Below, in pieces: positions 48,996 through 62,543 of a stretch of DNA of 64,000 bases. The notes beneath the pieces were generated by a model, which saw only the letters and a list, made by a program, of their open reading frames with translations, searched no databases and was not told where the DNA came from. Origin of the DNA: Lepidodermella squamata (lineage: Eukaryota > Animalia > Gastrotricha). Within the stretch, counting starts at the first letter, position 1. Every line of letters starts with the position of its first letter. A program made the position numbers and the translations under genes. The stretch covers positions 2,914,001 to 2,978,000 of the forward strand of contig JBLDXI010000042.1 of the NCBI GenBank assembly GCA_047495785.1. Reading direction: 5' to 3'.

Positions 48996-50074
48996 ATGGT
49001 CTCAAATCCCATTTGTTGTGATTTATCATCGGTAAGGTGTTGATTTCGCTGTGAAAATATATAAATATAAGTTTTCAGCTATTTAAATGTTCAATTTGCG
49101 CTAATGTACGCGAAACTCCTAAGATTTCGGCATGCTGTGGACAATTTGCTTTTTCGGAATGCATTTCAGAACCAGCAGCTGTTCGCAAATCGTTAGAAAA
49201 TGCTGGTTGCCAATTTAAGGATCGCACTGGCTCATCGCATTTACGCGAATGCATAACAATTAATGAATTGCTGGAGATGGTGAAATCTCTAAATTCCAGG
49301 GAATCTCGCCATTATTTGGAGATCACGTATAACGCGACTGGTTCAATTATTAGAAATGTAACTGTGGAAGTCAAAGCTCTCGGAGCGGAACATGTTGGCA
49401 ATGCGGGTGAAAAAAGCATTATGCATTCTCAACTGCAGTCCTTGAGTGCTAGACTTAGTTCTGCTGAACAAGAATTACTCCAATACAAACGAAAATACGG
49501 TCCCATTATCGAATCCGTTCCAGTTAATCATTCTCATCGAGAAAATGATGTAAATGGGAGCAAAAACTTGAAGCGAATGAGCAAAGACTCAGAACTGGTG
49601 CATAATGGAAATATGGCTCATCTGTTCGAATTACCTGCCGGGGATTACTTTTCGGTAGCATCTTTTTTTAAATGGCAAGTCGAGCGACTTTCTCACATGC
49701 AAGAAATGTTTCGCAGAAATGTGAATGGAAGTCTAACGCAATTGAATGATCGCATCAACCGAGTTCACGCCAAACTTGAGCCGCTGCTGGACCAACCTAG
49801 AAACTCGCCCCATCTTGATGATTCATTAAAAATCTTGCTTGAAGCCAAAGCTAGTTTCGAGAATTTCTTTCGGGCAAATTCAGACCGGTTGCACGGCGAT
49901 CTGCAAGCACTTCGGGATGAAAATACGTCCTTGAAAATGGATATTTCTAAAAGAAAGGTCATGCATCGCAAAGTTCTCTTGCGTTTGCGCACCACAACTA
50001 AGGAGGTTCTGACACTGCTGGAACAGCTAAATACAAATGGAGATAGCTCAGCTGTGCGTGGAAAACGAAAGTAG
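48996..50074 (+). CDS. Degenerate RING-like + coiled-coil protein
   Basis: Exon 48996-49031 (MVSNPICCDLSS), intron 49032-49078, then LFKCSICANVRETPKISACCGQFAFSECI..., in frame with ORF 49268-50074 (heptad-rich). Confidence 0.65.
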
Positions 50075-50473
50075 GGAATTTGAAGGGTGACGGGTGTGGT
50101 GCTTGCTTTCTTACATCCCTCAATATGCGAAGTTCTTTGAATAAATATGCATGTATTCCCTTGGATTTTATTTGCTATCGATTTGTTTATATCTGAAACG
50201 TGGAACGTTACCACTTTTTGCCGATTTAAGCCGTTTCAGCTAGCTGCTGCAAACAGGGAATTATATCAATACCTAAATTCTTTGATTTCTAACGCTCTTC
50301 AAATTCACTTCCGTTTCTGCCGTAAAGACCCATATGTTTGTTTTCGATTGTCTTTTCCATTTCTAATTAATGGGGCATTTGCCACCAGCTTTGTTCTTTT
50401 TCAAATTTTTAATGTAGTTTTCCGCTCATTGAATATAAAGGACATAATTGCAATAGATAGTATTTATTTCATT

Positions 50474-52393
50474 ATGGAAAGTTCACTATCGCCGCTGATT
50501 TTATGCCGCGTTTGCTCCGGAGCATTTCGCAACCCCAAAATTCTGCCTTGTTGCGGTCATTCGTTCTGTTTTGAGTGCATCATCGCTCTGAATGGGAACT
50601 CGGGCAGTGTAATGTGCCCCGAGCCTGATTGCCGCCTGGTTAGCATTTTCGGTCCCAAAGGACCGTTAGGTAATTGATAATGTTTTTAAATAAATAGTGA
50701 AGCTTGAATCTATCAATTCAGGCTTGAAAACTAATGTTATGCTGGAAAGAATTGTTTCGGCGTTTCAGTCCCATCCTGTTGAAATGGAAACTGTCTGCGC
50801 TCCGCCGGCGCCTTCGAATAACGCGGAGGGCGAAGAATGTTCCCACTGGAATCAGATGAAGTCGCCGCTGTGCTGTCCGCATTGTGGCGCGAAGATGTGT
50901 AAATCGTGCAAATTTGTTCATATTGAACACGTCAAACTTGACTTAATTGCCGAGTTCGAGAAGGTATTTAACATTCAGGATCTTTCGTATTTTATTTTTT
51001 GTGGTCAGTTGACAGTCAAATCATCGATGAGCGAATTATTAAGTACGATGGAGTCAATTTCGAAAGAAATTGCTGGAAAAACAGAAGTAGCTGAGAACCA
51101 AGTCGAGCAGATTTTTGCGGAATTGAAAGATTCGATTAATGCAGCCATTGATGAATTGAAATCCAATACGCGCGTTCTTTTGCGTGAAATCTCCTCGTCG
51201 AAACAGGCTGAAATAAGTGATCTCGTAAAAAATCTCACCGAATCTCATCAGCAGTTAGGCAACAACGGTTCGCTGATGCAAGAACTCGTCAAAAGGTCGT
51301 CACTGAATATTGAACTCGAAGAGTTGCCTCAACTTACGAAATTGATCTCCGACATTAATGAAAAAGTGAGGTGAAAATTGGATCAATATAGATGGAGCTT
51401 AATCTTTCTCATTCTAGTTGAAGGCCTTCGATATGATAAAAGATTCTATCAAATCGGCTGGCTTCGTTGTTGCTTATGAGAGAAGCCCTCAAGCTGATTT
51501 TATCAATGCGCTCAAAGACTATTCTCGCCGTCCAACTGTTAAGTGGGTCGATTTCGATGTGCCTCATGCAACGGCTAACAATCAAGCCGTTGTAAATAGT
51601 GAAGTAAGAAATTGTTCACAAATTATTTTTTGATTGAGCGATTATTTTGATTTATTTTCAGAATTTAACTGCTGCCTGCGAAAAAATGCATAAAGCTATC
51701 GAAGACGGTAGCTTCGAGTCGTTCATCGAAATCGTCGATCAAAACTGGGCCCCGGCTGATTTTTCTCCTCTGATTGAAAGCCGTGATGCCGAGGATCGAA
51801 CCGCGCTAGTCCACGCCGCTGCCCGAGCCCGTGTTGAAATCGTAAAATATCTGGTTCAAAACTGCCGTCCTGATTTGTTGTCTACCGCCAGTGATAACAA
51901 AGTTTCCGCCGCTCATTACGCTGCATCGAATGGAAGTGTCGAGATAATGCGGGTTCTAATCGAAGCCCAGCCGGCTGTTTGCAAGCTGAAAGACCGTTAT
52001 GGGGCTAACCCGTTGTGTCACGCTTGTTACCTCGGATACGCTAATGTTGCTTCGTTACTTTTGTCGCAAAAAGACGCGGAAATTGAGAATGAAGGCGAGC
52101 TGAAACGAACCCCGCTGTTGTACGCGGCCTCAAGTGGACGCCGTTCGACCTTCGAATTATTGATTAAACATGGTGCTAACATTCACGCCCGCGATGAACG
52201 CGGCATGAATGCCCTGCATTTGGCTGCTTATTTCGGTCACTTGGCCCTTGTTCGAGCTATTTTGAAAATCAAACCGCAGTTGGGAATGGAGACCGATCAT
52301 TACGGCCAGACGGCTCTAATGCTGGCTAACAAAGCTGGTAAAAGTGAAATCGCTGCATGCTTCAACGAACTCAACCGATCTGCAGGAAATTGA
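50474..52393 (+). CDS. RING - B-box-like - coiled coil - ankyrin repeat protein 1 (TRIM-like)
   Basis: CRVC...PKILPCCGHSFCFEC...CPEPDC; CSH...CPHC...CKSC...HIEH; helical linker; about 5-6 ankyrin repeats (TALVHAA, SAAHYAA, NPLCHAC, TPLLYAA, NALHLAA). Short introns. Confidence 0.85.
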
Positions 52394-52528
52394 CCTATTT
52401 TCACCTTTCATGCGATAAAAACTCTTGTTGTCACATTGATGCTCTTCTATATTGTTGAGATTTTTCGTATTTTTCTCATTAAATTTCTTTTTGCTCAATC
52501 TGAATGTTTATTTTGTTAGATTTTAATT

Positions 52529-55041
52529 ATGGCGTCGAATGGACAGAAAAGTTGTCCATCTACGAGTTCTGAAATCAAAACGGAAGAAGCGACGGTTTGT
52601 CGATGTGAGAAAAATTAAGGTGGAATTTTTATTTCTTCAAATTTCAGGCCTATTCGTGTTGTGTGTGTTTGGAACTGTTTAAGGTTCCGAAAATTCTGCC
52701 CGAATGTGGCCATTCATTGTGCCTTCAATGTATTATCAATATGTTAGGCTCAAATTCCGAGAAACTAACGTGCCCGGAGTGCCGCATCGTCAGCAGAATC
52801 CCGCAAAAGGGCGGTCCGGAAGCGCTCGTGACAAATTTTCAGCTGCTTAGGACAGTGGAAATGTACAAATCTCTCGAATCGAGCAAGTCGAACAACGCGT
52901 GCCGGCATGGAGCGGGGAAATCGACTATCACGTGCCCTCATTGCGATCAAAAATTCTGTCAAGCATGTGAGCCGGCGCACAGGGAACGCATAAAATGCGA
53001 AATTTCAGCTCTAAGAAAGCAGGTCACGTCGCATGTGATTAATTCACTCCGATTTAGCAACGATTTTCTATTCATTATATAGAATGAACAAAAGATGCAA
53101 TTTTCGGAAATATCCGTCAAAAAAGCTCGTTCAACGATTGAGCATCGGATTAAAGAGCGAAAGGAGGAATTTGTTGCTGATTTCCAGCAGGTTCGATCTG
53201 CAATTGTATCAGCCCTGGAGTCGAGGAAAGAACGGACATTAGAAGCTATCGAGCATGCTGGTAGCGCTATTACTTCACGGCTGGATAAAGCTTTAACTGC
53301 TGCCAAGTCTATAAAGATACCAAAATGCTCGAATAAAGCGTTATCGCTTGCAGAGTTGGCTGCTGTTCGCGAAGAAGCGCTGAAGGCCCAAGGTCCGATA
53401 GAGGCTGTTGAAAAGTTGGCCACTGGCGTTAAAAAAGGCGACCTCCATGTTGATCAGGATGAAATATTGTGCCGTGATTTGATGAAGCTCATTAGCGACT
53501 CTCATCTGCCGGTTTCCGATCGGTGGAAAACTATTGAAGAACGAGAGAAAGAGGTTTGCAAAATTTTGAACTTTCGCTTGATGATGGACAGCTGAACAGA
53601 TGGTTAAATATGATGGATAAATTAGCCGTAAAACACAATCAACTTGGTTTCAGCCAAAAATGCGAATTATTTATCTGAAAATTCTGCATTTGATTCTTGA
53701 TTGGCTGAAGCCCTGTCGGAAATCGATAACAAATGCGAAAGTGAATCATCGGTCCGTGTCTTCTAATGAGTCCACCCTAATATTTGAAAATTTTATTACA
53801 ATTACAGGCTCAAGTTACCACAAATTTTAGTTATAGTATATAAGCAACGCAATCAAAGTGAAAAAAGGGAAAAGGGGTGGGAAAGATTCAAATACCCTTT
53901 GTCTATAACTGCTCAACCACACCTGCGTCCCCAAATTGAAAAATCAGTTCAACCGGGTAAAATACCGATAATCACCAAACCAGTTTAAATCGGGTTTTTT
54001 CGCGTTTCCTCATTTGAATATTCAATTTCTTCGCTGAAATCGCGGATAAATGATAAGAAGTTCTCTTGAAGAGCTTCCCTTGTTGTTCAAATCCGACAAA
54101 TAGGCTACAGAATGTTGTAAAATTGCTGCGCAACTTATGGGACACACATGACTCAAAATTTAACTCATTTTCATCTCATACCGATGGAATTAGCAATAGG
54201 TGTTTGTTTTAATTATACCTAGGTTGTTTTCCAAGGCATTTTTCCAATTTTCATTGATGCTGAAGAATCGTACCTTTCAAAGCATGTTTTTTTTACTTCT
54301 GTCTCGTTTTAGGAATTGGAAGTCACCGTGCCCGTGTGGTTGAATGCCGTAACTAAGGCGGATGTTGAAGCGCTGCGGGACATCTTCGACAAGAAAAAGC
54401 ACTGGTCATTGGAAACGATGAAAAGCCTTGTTGAAAGTAGAACCGATAAGGGGCTAACTTCTCTCATGCAAGCCGCCGCTCTCGGCCATTTAGAAATCGT
54501 CAAAATTCTGGCAAAAGACTGTCAGGCGGATTTATTTGCGATAACCGAAGATAATGGCCGAAGCGTGTGCCACATAGCCGTGGAGTTCAGTCAATTGAAA
54601 GTTACCCGGTTTTTATTGGAATTAGAACCGCGGCTTTGTTCTGCGAGGGACAATTTATCGGCAACCCCGCTTCATACAGCCGTTATGTTCGGATATTTGG
54701 AAATAGCGCGACTTTTGCTCGAATCTCAAGAAATCGAGATCGATGCAGTTACTAGTCACGGCCGGACTGCCTTGACTCTGGCTATTTCTAGAGGCCAGTC
54801 TGATTTTGTATCATTGTTGTTGCAGAAATGTTGCGATCCGTTGAAGGGCGGCATTTTCGGTCAAACTGCGCTTCATTTAGCAGCTAAATGCGGACAAGTT
54901 GAAATTTATCGAATTTTATTAGAGAAAAGGCCGGAATTGAGAGATGTTAGAGACGCCGCTGGGCGGCTGCCAGCCGATGTTGCCGTTGGAAATGTTGCTG
55001 AGCTTATCAAGTCGCAGCAGAATAACAGAGCGAAAGATTGA
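52529..55041 (+). CDS. RING - B-box-like - coiled coil - ankyrin repeat protein 2
   Basis: MASNGQK...|AYSCCVC...PKILPECGHSLCLQC...CPECR; CRH...CPHC..FCQAC...H; coiled coil; intron about 53554-54312; ankyrin exon. Confidence 0.85.
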
Positions 55042-55209
55042 GAAGAAGAAATCACTGGAGTGCTCATTGTTTTTACTTGCTCAATCGGTTTTTAATTATT
55101 ATTTTTTGCGTTCGTTATACAAACTCTGGAAAAACTTGAAAACAAATTATTAAAATTTATTTTAAAATCAGCTATAATTTCTGCCCTTGTAGTGTTTTGT
55201 TGAGATTCG

Positions 55210-58200
55210 ATGATTTCGAGCACTATGAACCAGTCAATGAATGCCAGCGTTCTTGACACTTCCTCCGTCACCGAAAATGTCGATGTGCAACTCGAAATGG
55301 TAAACAACAATTAAGGAGGAATTTTTAAATTAATTTGCCATTTTCCCAGGGTCTTAGCTGCCACAATTGCAATAACCCGTGGGATAAGGAGACGATCGTG
55401 CCAAAAATTCTGCCCCACTGCGGCCATTCCCTGTGCATGGAATGTGTGTTGAAAGCGTGCGAAGAGACGCGTTCGCAAATCACGTGCCCTGAATGCCGCG
55501 AACCGAGCAGATTTGGCACGCGCGGTTACCAGGGCCTGAAAACGAATTACGAGCTGTTGAAGCTGACCGAACGTTTCAAGATTCAACGCGAGCAGGCGGC
55601 TGCGAATGAAGATGACGTTTGTACGCATATGTATGCGAAAAATCCGCTCAGCTGCCCGCATTGCTCGATGAAGTTCTGCAGTAGCTGTGAAATTTTGCAC
55701 AAAGAGCGACTTCGTGACGATACGCTGGAGATTAAACGCAAGGTCTCAGCCGAAATTTGAATTTCTTTATATTAATAAATTTTGATTAAACAGTTTCAAG
55801 AGCGGTTGAATAATGCTCTAGCGAATTGCGACGAGTTGCAGGTTCAAGTTGAAGGTTTCGTCGCTGGGAAAACGAACCAGCGTTTGGCGCAGGCTGAGGC
55901 CGATTGTAACAAAGTTCGTGCGGCCCTGAATCGCATTCTCGATGCTCGCCAGGCCCGAATTTTAGCCGAAATTAGCCAAGTCGGCGAGGCGAAAATAACC
56001 GAAATTCGCAGTATCGTAGCGGACGTGAAAGAGACCAAGCTGCCGGCTAAAATCGATGATATAGCTCAAATGTCGGTTCGGAGAATCTCGCTCGAGGAAA
56101 TGGCTGAAATTCAGCAGCAAGCTGTTGCGGCTGATCGTTTATTATGCGCTATCGAAACGATGAAACCTGACATTGAAACTGGTATTTTCTGCTACGAGGA
56201 GAACCAAGATGTTATTGGAGAACACTTGAACGAAATCGAAAAGCTGCTATCCGTTCGGCCTCTGATTCGTTGGCAGAGTCGTGAATCGTACGAGCGAGAG
56301 GTAGTTGAATATATTTGATGATACTGGAATTTTTTTACCAGTATCACACATTTGCATTTTCAAATGCACAGAGAGCTAACTTTTTAAGTTGAATTTTATT
56401 AATTTGGTCTGAATTTTGAATCTTGGGCCTCAGTCGATAGTCCGATTTTCTGAATTTTGAATTTGAAATGACTTCGGATAAAATTCTGCTTACCTTCTAG
56501 TTCGTATCATTCTAGGGTATCATTCGTTCTCTATCTTACCAGAGAACAGAAGTACAAGAGAGGAAACTCACGCTGGAAACTTGAAACATTAATTCGAAGC
56601 GGTTTTTTTAAGCCGGATCTTTTTACAAAATGCGCGTAATTTTTTAGCGCACTTTTTTCGCGCAAACCCACAAAATTTCGGCAAAGTTTTTCTCCGGCTG
56701 TACTACTTCAAATCGGACTCCCCTTTCTATGGTGAATAGACCTGGTCTTGACGAATTCTGTCCTGAAGTAAATAACGCCCGAGTTTTAATTTTACTCGGC
56801 CTCAGTGTGGCGAGAAGACCCAAGCACTGTCTCTACTGGCAACAACAACACGAAATATCAGCAATCTCTAGTTTATTCTCAAATCTCTTACGACCCTCAT
56901 ATCATATTTACAGAAGGTTTATATACAAGGATTCGACCAATCATCTTCCGCCATTTGTCACGTTAACATTCATTCATCGGGTTCGGTCAAGGTCGACCGC
57001 CAATTTCAAACCCAGTGATCAATGATCAACAGGTGGCTTCGCCACACTCAGCATGTTTGTATGTAATTTTATGCAAATCACTCGGCGGACGTGACTATTT
57101 TTTGTAAATTATGCAGAGGTTTGTGTAGACTCGCGAAGGACCAGCCGCTTTTGAAATTGTGCTAATCATACAACTCAGGGTGTCCTTTCCAACTCCACAA
57201 GCCACTGTTGAGCTTTTTTAAGGATACGGGACAAGTGAGTAACTATGCGAATGCTTGAAATATTCAATCATTGCAGCAAGAAGACGCGTCAGCAGGTCCG
57301 ATTTTTGTCGAAATATCCGCCCGCTGACTAAAATTACTAAGAAGGCGTTATACCTACACTATACGTTATATTGGAGGACAACATAGCGGTTGATGGCGAA
57401 ATAAGGCTTAAAAATATACAGCGCCGAGCTCCGCTTTATGAGAAGCCTTACAACTGTTACGGAAAGAATTCACACTTGGGTTGGTCGAACGCGGTAAAGT
57501 AAACCGTTTTTCAGTCAATTCCAAAATACATTGATCGACAGAAGGATGGACAAATTGTCACCGGTAATTACATTTTCTTCAGTTCCTTCAGATACGGCAT
57601 TGCGATCGACATGAACCAATCTTCGAAAGTTTGCACATCGAACCAGCCACTTTTGGTTAACGAAACGAGTGTTTTTTTCGGGCGGGGAACTTTGCCCCTA
57701 GCTAGTACGAATTGCTTTTTGCTTCGGTAGCAGGCGTAGCAGAAGTGGGAAGCATCGTACCATATGCCATTCCACAAATCAGCATTTAGAACTCGACTAG
57801 GTCGCTTCATTTTTTGTCGATGGTCTCATCGTAATTGAGAACATACCTCTTGTCAGCATCAGCGAGTGTTACTTCAAGATGTTGAAAAATTCGAACAAAT
57901 TGCTTGTCGAATCGAAAATCATGAATAACAACTAGGACTGTTCTTAACACAGAGTAGTTTTTATTCTGCGGCCATTCGCGGCTCCGCTAGGAGCTGACGG
58001 ATCGCCGGGGCCAAGGAGAGGAGTTGCGGCCACTCACAGTTCTCTCGGCAGCGGTTGGAAGACTTGAATTAAAAACACGTCCTCTTGATCGGACATATAT
58101 TTAACAGAAACGACTGCTGATTCCACATCTTGTCTCCTGCCTGTTATTTCGAGACCATTTTTCTTAACATTAAATTCAACTTTCGATTCGTCGCAAACAG

Positions 58201-59483
58201 TCGAGATTTCAGCTTTTAAATCACCGGTCCGCTCCCTGGGCTCGATTTTCACATGTCCTTTTTGCATTTCGACGAACATTCATATGGCTTCATCGATCGA
58301 TAGCAAGTTACGGAGCGAAGCATGCAAACCGTTTCGATTAATGTCAGCCGACAATGCCAATAATTTTAACGGCTAAGCAAAAAAAACCAAGCTAAGCATT
58401 TTACACTTACTTGAGTAAAGTTTGTAGATAAATTAAATAAATGTCTAGACAATAGAACAACTGGGAATCGGGAAAAGTCTTTTCTGCCAGTAAAAGTAAT
58501 TTCTGCCAAAAATATGCTTTTTCTACCGAAGCATGATCCAAAGTGAAAACAACTCGTGGCTCAGTTTGAAGGTCAAAATTAAAAAGTTGAAATGAAAAAT
58601 AAAATTGCTATTTTTGCGCTATCTTTTTCGTATATATTTGCGTCTACATTTAGTGAAGTATTTTGGTCAACCCTCAATGTTAATAATATTAAACTCCACC
58701 ATTAAATTTTCATGAGTTTCAATCCTCAAAAATAATTGCTCTTTTGGTGTAATTCAGCTTATCGATCACGTGATTCCTGAATTTTTCGGTGCTATCGAGA
58801 AGGGCAATGTTGAAGTTATGCGCAGCCTGCTGGCGAAACACGACTGGTCGGAGAAAGCTCGAAAATCCATCATCGAACATCGCGAAAGCAACGAAACCGG
58901 CTTCACGCCCCTCATTAAGGCGGCTTACCTCGGCCAGCTCGACGTCGTCAAGTTCTTAGTCGAGGAATGTGGTGCTAATTTATCGGCCCGAGATTTGAAA
59001 TCCGGCAACACTGCTGGCCACGAGGCTGCCTACGCCGGTCGTTTGCAGGTTCTGGAGTATTTGTGCGAAAAGGACCCAGAACTCTTCCGCTGCGGGTCTG
59101 GTTTGAACGCGACTATTCTGCACCTGGCCGCTGGAGCTGGCGCGATCGAAGTCGCGAAATTTATTTTGGATAACAAGGAAAAAATCGATCTGACCGCTCG
59201 AAGCATTTCTCATCGGACTGTGTTGCATTACGCTGCCGGGGCTGGTCATGCCCAGATTGTTTCAATGCTGATCGACGCGGGGTGTGATTCACGCGAGGTG
59301 GACATCAAAGGCCGAACGGCGCTTCATTTCGCCGCTAAAAACGTGCAAATCGAAGCGGCTCGTGTTCTCATGAACCACAACCCAGATCTGGTACTCATCA
59401 AGGATCATAATGGCAAAACGGTGCTCGATTACGCTCACTCGAAGCGCGACCCGGAGCTCATCAAGTTGTTCAAACACCTTTAG
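55210..59483 (+). CDS. RING - B-box-like - coiled coil - ankyrin repeat protein 3
   Basis: CHNC...PKILPHCGHSLCMEC...CPECR; CTH...CPHC..FCSSC...H; coiled coil; TE-filled intron about 56301-58757; ankyrin exon 58758-59483. Confidence 0.82.
56541..56748 (+). mobile_element. Truncated, diverged copy of the TIR of the 42269-45050 element
   Basis: AGAGAACAGAAGTACAAGAGAGGAAACTC...GAATAGACCTGGTCT matches 42272-42479 with a few substitutions. Confidence 0.88.
57420..57900 (-). pseudogene. Degenerate pogo/Tigger (DDE_1) transposase fragment
   Basis: Frameshifted pieces NYDET, TKSGWFDVQTFEDWFMSIAMPY and GDNL. These are typical of CENP-B/pogo DDE domains. Confidence 0.75.
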
Positions 59484-59716
59484 TAGCGATGAATTTTACC
59501 GGGCTCTTGAGTTCATTTTTTTAAAAGTGACTGTTGTCTTTTCTGAATTTGATTGATTGGCCGTTCTCATGATGTTTCTTACGTAACTGCCGACTTTGGA
59601 GAATTTTTTCTTGTTTTTTTCTTCCTTTTTTGATTATATCACTCACTCAATAAATCGAATTACTAATTGTTTTTACGCGATTCTAGGGCAGTTTTAATTG
59701 CGCTGTATTTTTGAAT

Positions 59717-61185
59717 ATGGCCATGGAAGTTGATGGCATTGCTACGGTAGGTTTTATTTTTTCTATTTGTCTATCGAAACGCATTTTTTCATTTTTAAGC
59801 CGTTTATTTGCGGCATATGCAAGAATTGTATGAAGAATCCGCGCTCACTTCCTGGCTGTGAACATTCCTTTTGCTTGCATTGCCTCGAGTCACAAATTAA
59901 GGAGGACGAATCACTGATCGAGTGTCCTAAATGCGACGAATTAAATTATATTGGGACTAAAGGCCCGAAAAGTAAGTCCTAAAATTGAAATTTCAAGGAA
60001 ACGATGCAACACATCTGTCTAGGTCTTCAGCTGTTGGATAATTTTCCTGCGGTCAATTCTGTATGCGATGCCATAATAGGCGGGAGTGAGGTCAACAATT
60101 CGTCACTTGACATTATTAAATCCGCTGAAATTGCGAAATCTCAAGCCACCTTGATATGTTCTATGCTGAAAATTTCTTTGGACTCAAGACTTGGTTGGAT
60201 ATGTAAATCAATTGACGAGCTGGCCAAATCACGGCTGGAATCTAACGGTGGATCTTTCAACGATAACTTGATCATTGATTTCGATAAGATTTTCCCGGAA
60301 CTGGGCAGTCAAAAATCGCGTGGGGATTTGAAATCTGTTGATTTCATCAAATGGAATAAGTCGGAGAAAGTAGCATCGGAACCCGAAAATCCAGTTTCCT
60401 CGGAACGCAATGAATCGCCGATATCTGAAGTTTTAACTAGCCAGGCCATGGAATTCGTTATGCATCAATTGAAAACTGCGATTTCAGAAAATTCTCTACC
60501 GTCGGTTCAACTCATCTTCGAAAGTGTTTCAGGTGAAATTCGGCGAAAATTAATGGAATTAAATATGAAAGATCTGGATATGAATGCCCTGCAATACGCA
60601 TGCTACCTTGGGCATCTTCCCATTGTCAAATATTTGATTGAAGACGCAAAGGCCGATATACTCGCCGTTACCGCAAAAAAAGAAAATTGCGTTCATTTAG
60701 CGGTTAGAAATGGACATTTACCGGTTATTAAGTATTTATACAGTCGAGACCCAATTCTGTGCTACAAGAAAAATAGCTCTCGTCTGAAGCCGCTGCACAT
60801 TGCGGCAAAGTTTAAGCATCCTGCTATTGTGGATTTTTTCTTGGAGAAGAAAATGAGTGTGGACATGATCGGGAATGATTCTAATACCCCGTTACACTAC
60901 GCTGCGATGACTGACGCAGTGGCTGTTGCTGAGATTTTGTTGAAAAATAACGCGAATGCGAAGGCTGTTAATTCTCACGGAGAGAATGCGCTGCATTTAG
61001 CCGCTGAAAATGGGTCGATAAATGTCGTGAAATTGTTGTTGGAAACCAACCCGGAATTGGTTGATACGAAAGATACTGTTACTCAGCGGACGGCCTTCGA
61101 ATTTGCGGCTATATCTGGTCATTCAGCTATTGTTGATCTCATTTTTGCGGAAAGTTCTCGTTTGGCGAAAAAGCTTGCGAAGTGA
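59717..61185 (+). CDS. RING - ankyrin repeat protein 4 (B-box absent, linker shortened)
   Basis: MAMEVDGIAT|PFICGIC...PRSLPGCEHSFCLHC...CPKC; about 6 ankyrin repeats (NALQYAC, NCVHLAV, KPLHIAA, TPLHYAA, NALHLAA). Confidence 0.85.
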
Positions 61186-62543
61186 CGCTTTTTGTTGGCT
61201 GAATTGTTAATTTAATTCGTGCATGTTATACTGCCAGTCTTGCCTTATATTTGAGGTTGATGCTCGTTTTTGCGGAACAACTTTGAAGAGTTTACACAGC
61301 TGATTTGTTTTTCATTGTATTTGATTCATATTTTACTGCATTTCCTAGTGCTTTTTCCAGTGAAAGAAAAATACTTCCAGGGTACATCAATTTAAAAAAT
61401 GAGAATCTACGAAGTTAGCAGAAACCTGTGATCTAGCAGCTGATTTTTTCAAAGCGTCCAGCAAGTTTACCGAGTATGAAAAGTTAAGGGAGGAGAGTAT
61501 TGATCGCATTCGTCGTTGGCTTACGATTTTAGACAATGCTGAAATATTATGAGTTTTCTCGCCTCTTTCGAGTTGTACCGAAAACTGCCGTTTAGAGCCA
61601 TTGAATACGACAATGGGATGTAACTGCTGTTTCCTTATGCTGCTGTAGGTTGCTATGTAACATATTGCTATATCAACGACCTACAGTTGGATTTTGTTGG
61701 GTCCATCCTTTCGTTTCATCGATCTCATGGTTGTGAAATATTTCTTCTTTCAGCGTTATTCCAATGAAAATTTATTTCTAGAGTTGTCGAAAGTCGTAAT
61801 TTAATGAATCGCGTCGTTTACTTTATTTTCTAGGACCCATAAATGAGCCCATGTTGCTCTGTTGACTTTCGCGGAACAGAAACGCATTTTGCTGATGCGC
61901 AATGAATGAATAGATATGAATCACTTTTGATCCGGAAAGCTAGATAAGTATTCAGCCGAAAAGGTATCCTTGTGACGTGCGAGATTCCCTATGTATGATT
62001 CTCAGGAATTCCAAAATTTACGGTTCGCGTATTAACCTTAATTCTCCTTATAGGTTGTCTTTAATTTCTCTTAAACTTGAAAACTCGAATCAATCGCCTC
62101 TTAAAGCGAAACCTTGAATTGTCCAAAAGATTCCTTTTGAACGTGGGATCAAAGATCTTTGAGGAGTTGAAATGATTTATTGCTGAGAGATGTCGAAGTG
62201 TTGCTTTATTCAGCACAAATACCTATTACCGGCTTTGATAGTAAGAAAATCAGCTATTGCTCGGTTTTTGGCTGCAACATCGGCTCTGAAACATCGGCTG
62301 CAATAGCTTGATATCAGAGTTTTTAAATTATTCTCTTTATATAATTATTATTTGATATATTTCAAACGCGTTTGTGGTTTTTTATTTCTATTTCTGAATC
62401 TGCGGTCATGCTCTTTCTAATTGTTGTTGAATGGCTCGCATTTCATGTAATTTCCTCTAAAATAAGCTTGTTTCTTGTTCATTTGACGGATTTTCTTTTT
62501 TTCCGCTTAGACTCTGGTTCAGCTTTTCAGATGATGTGAAAAT

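Noticed and set aside
61350-62400. Coding-like fragments (KLAETCDLAADFFK...)
   Set aside because: Interrupted by stops with no recognisable homology. At most a pseudogene relic.
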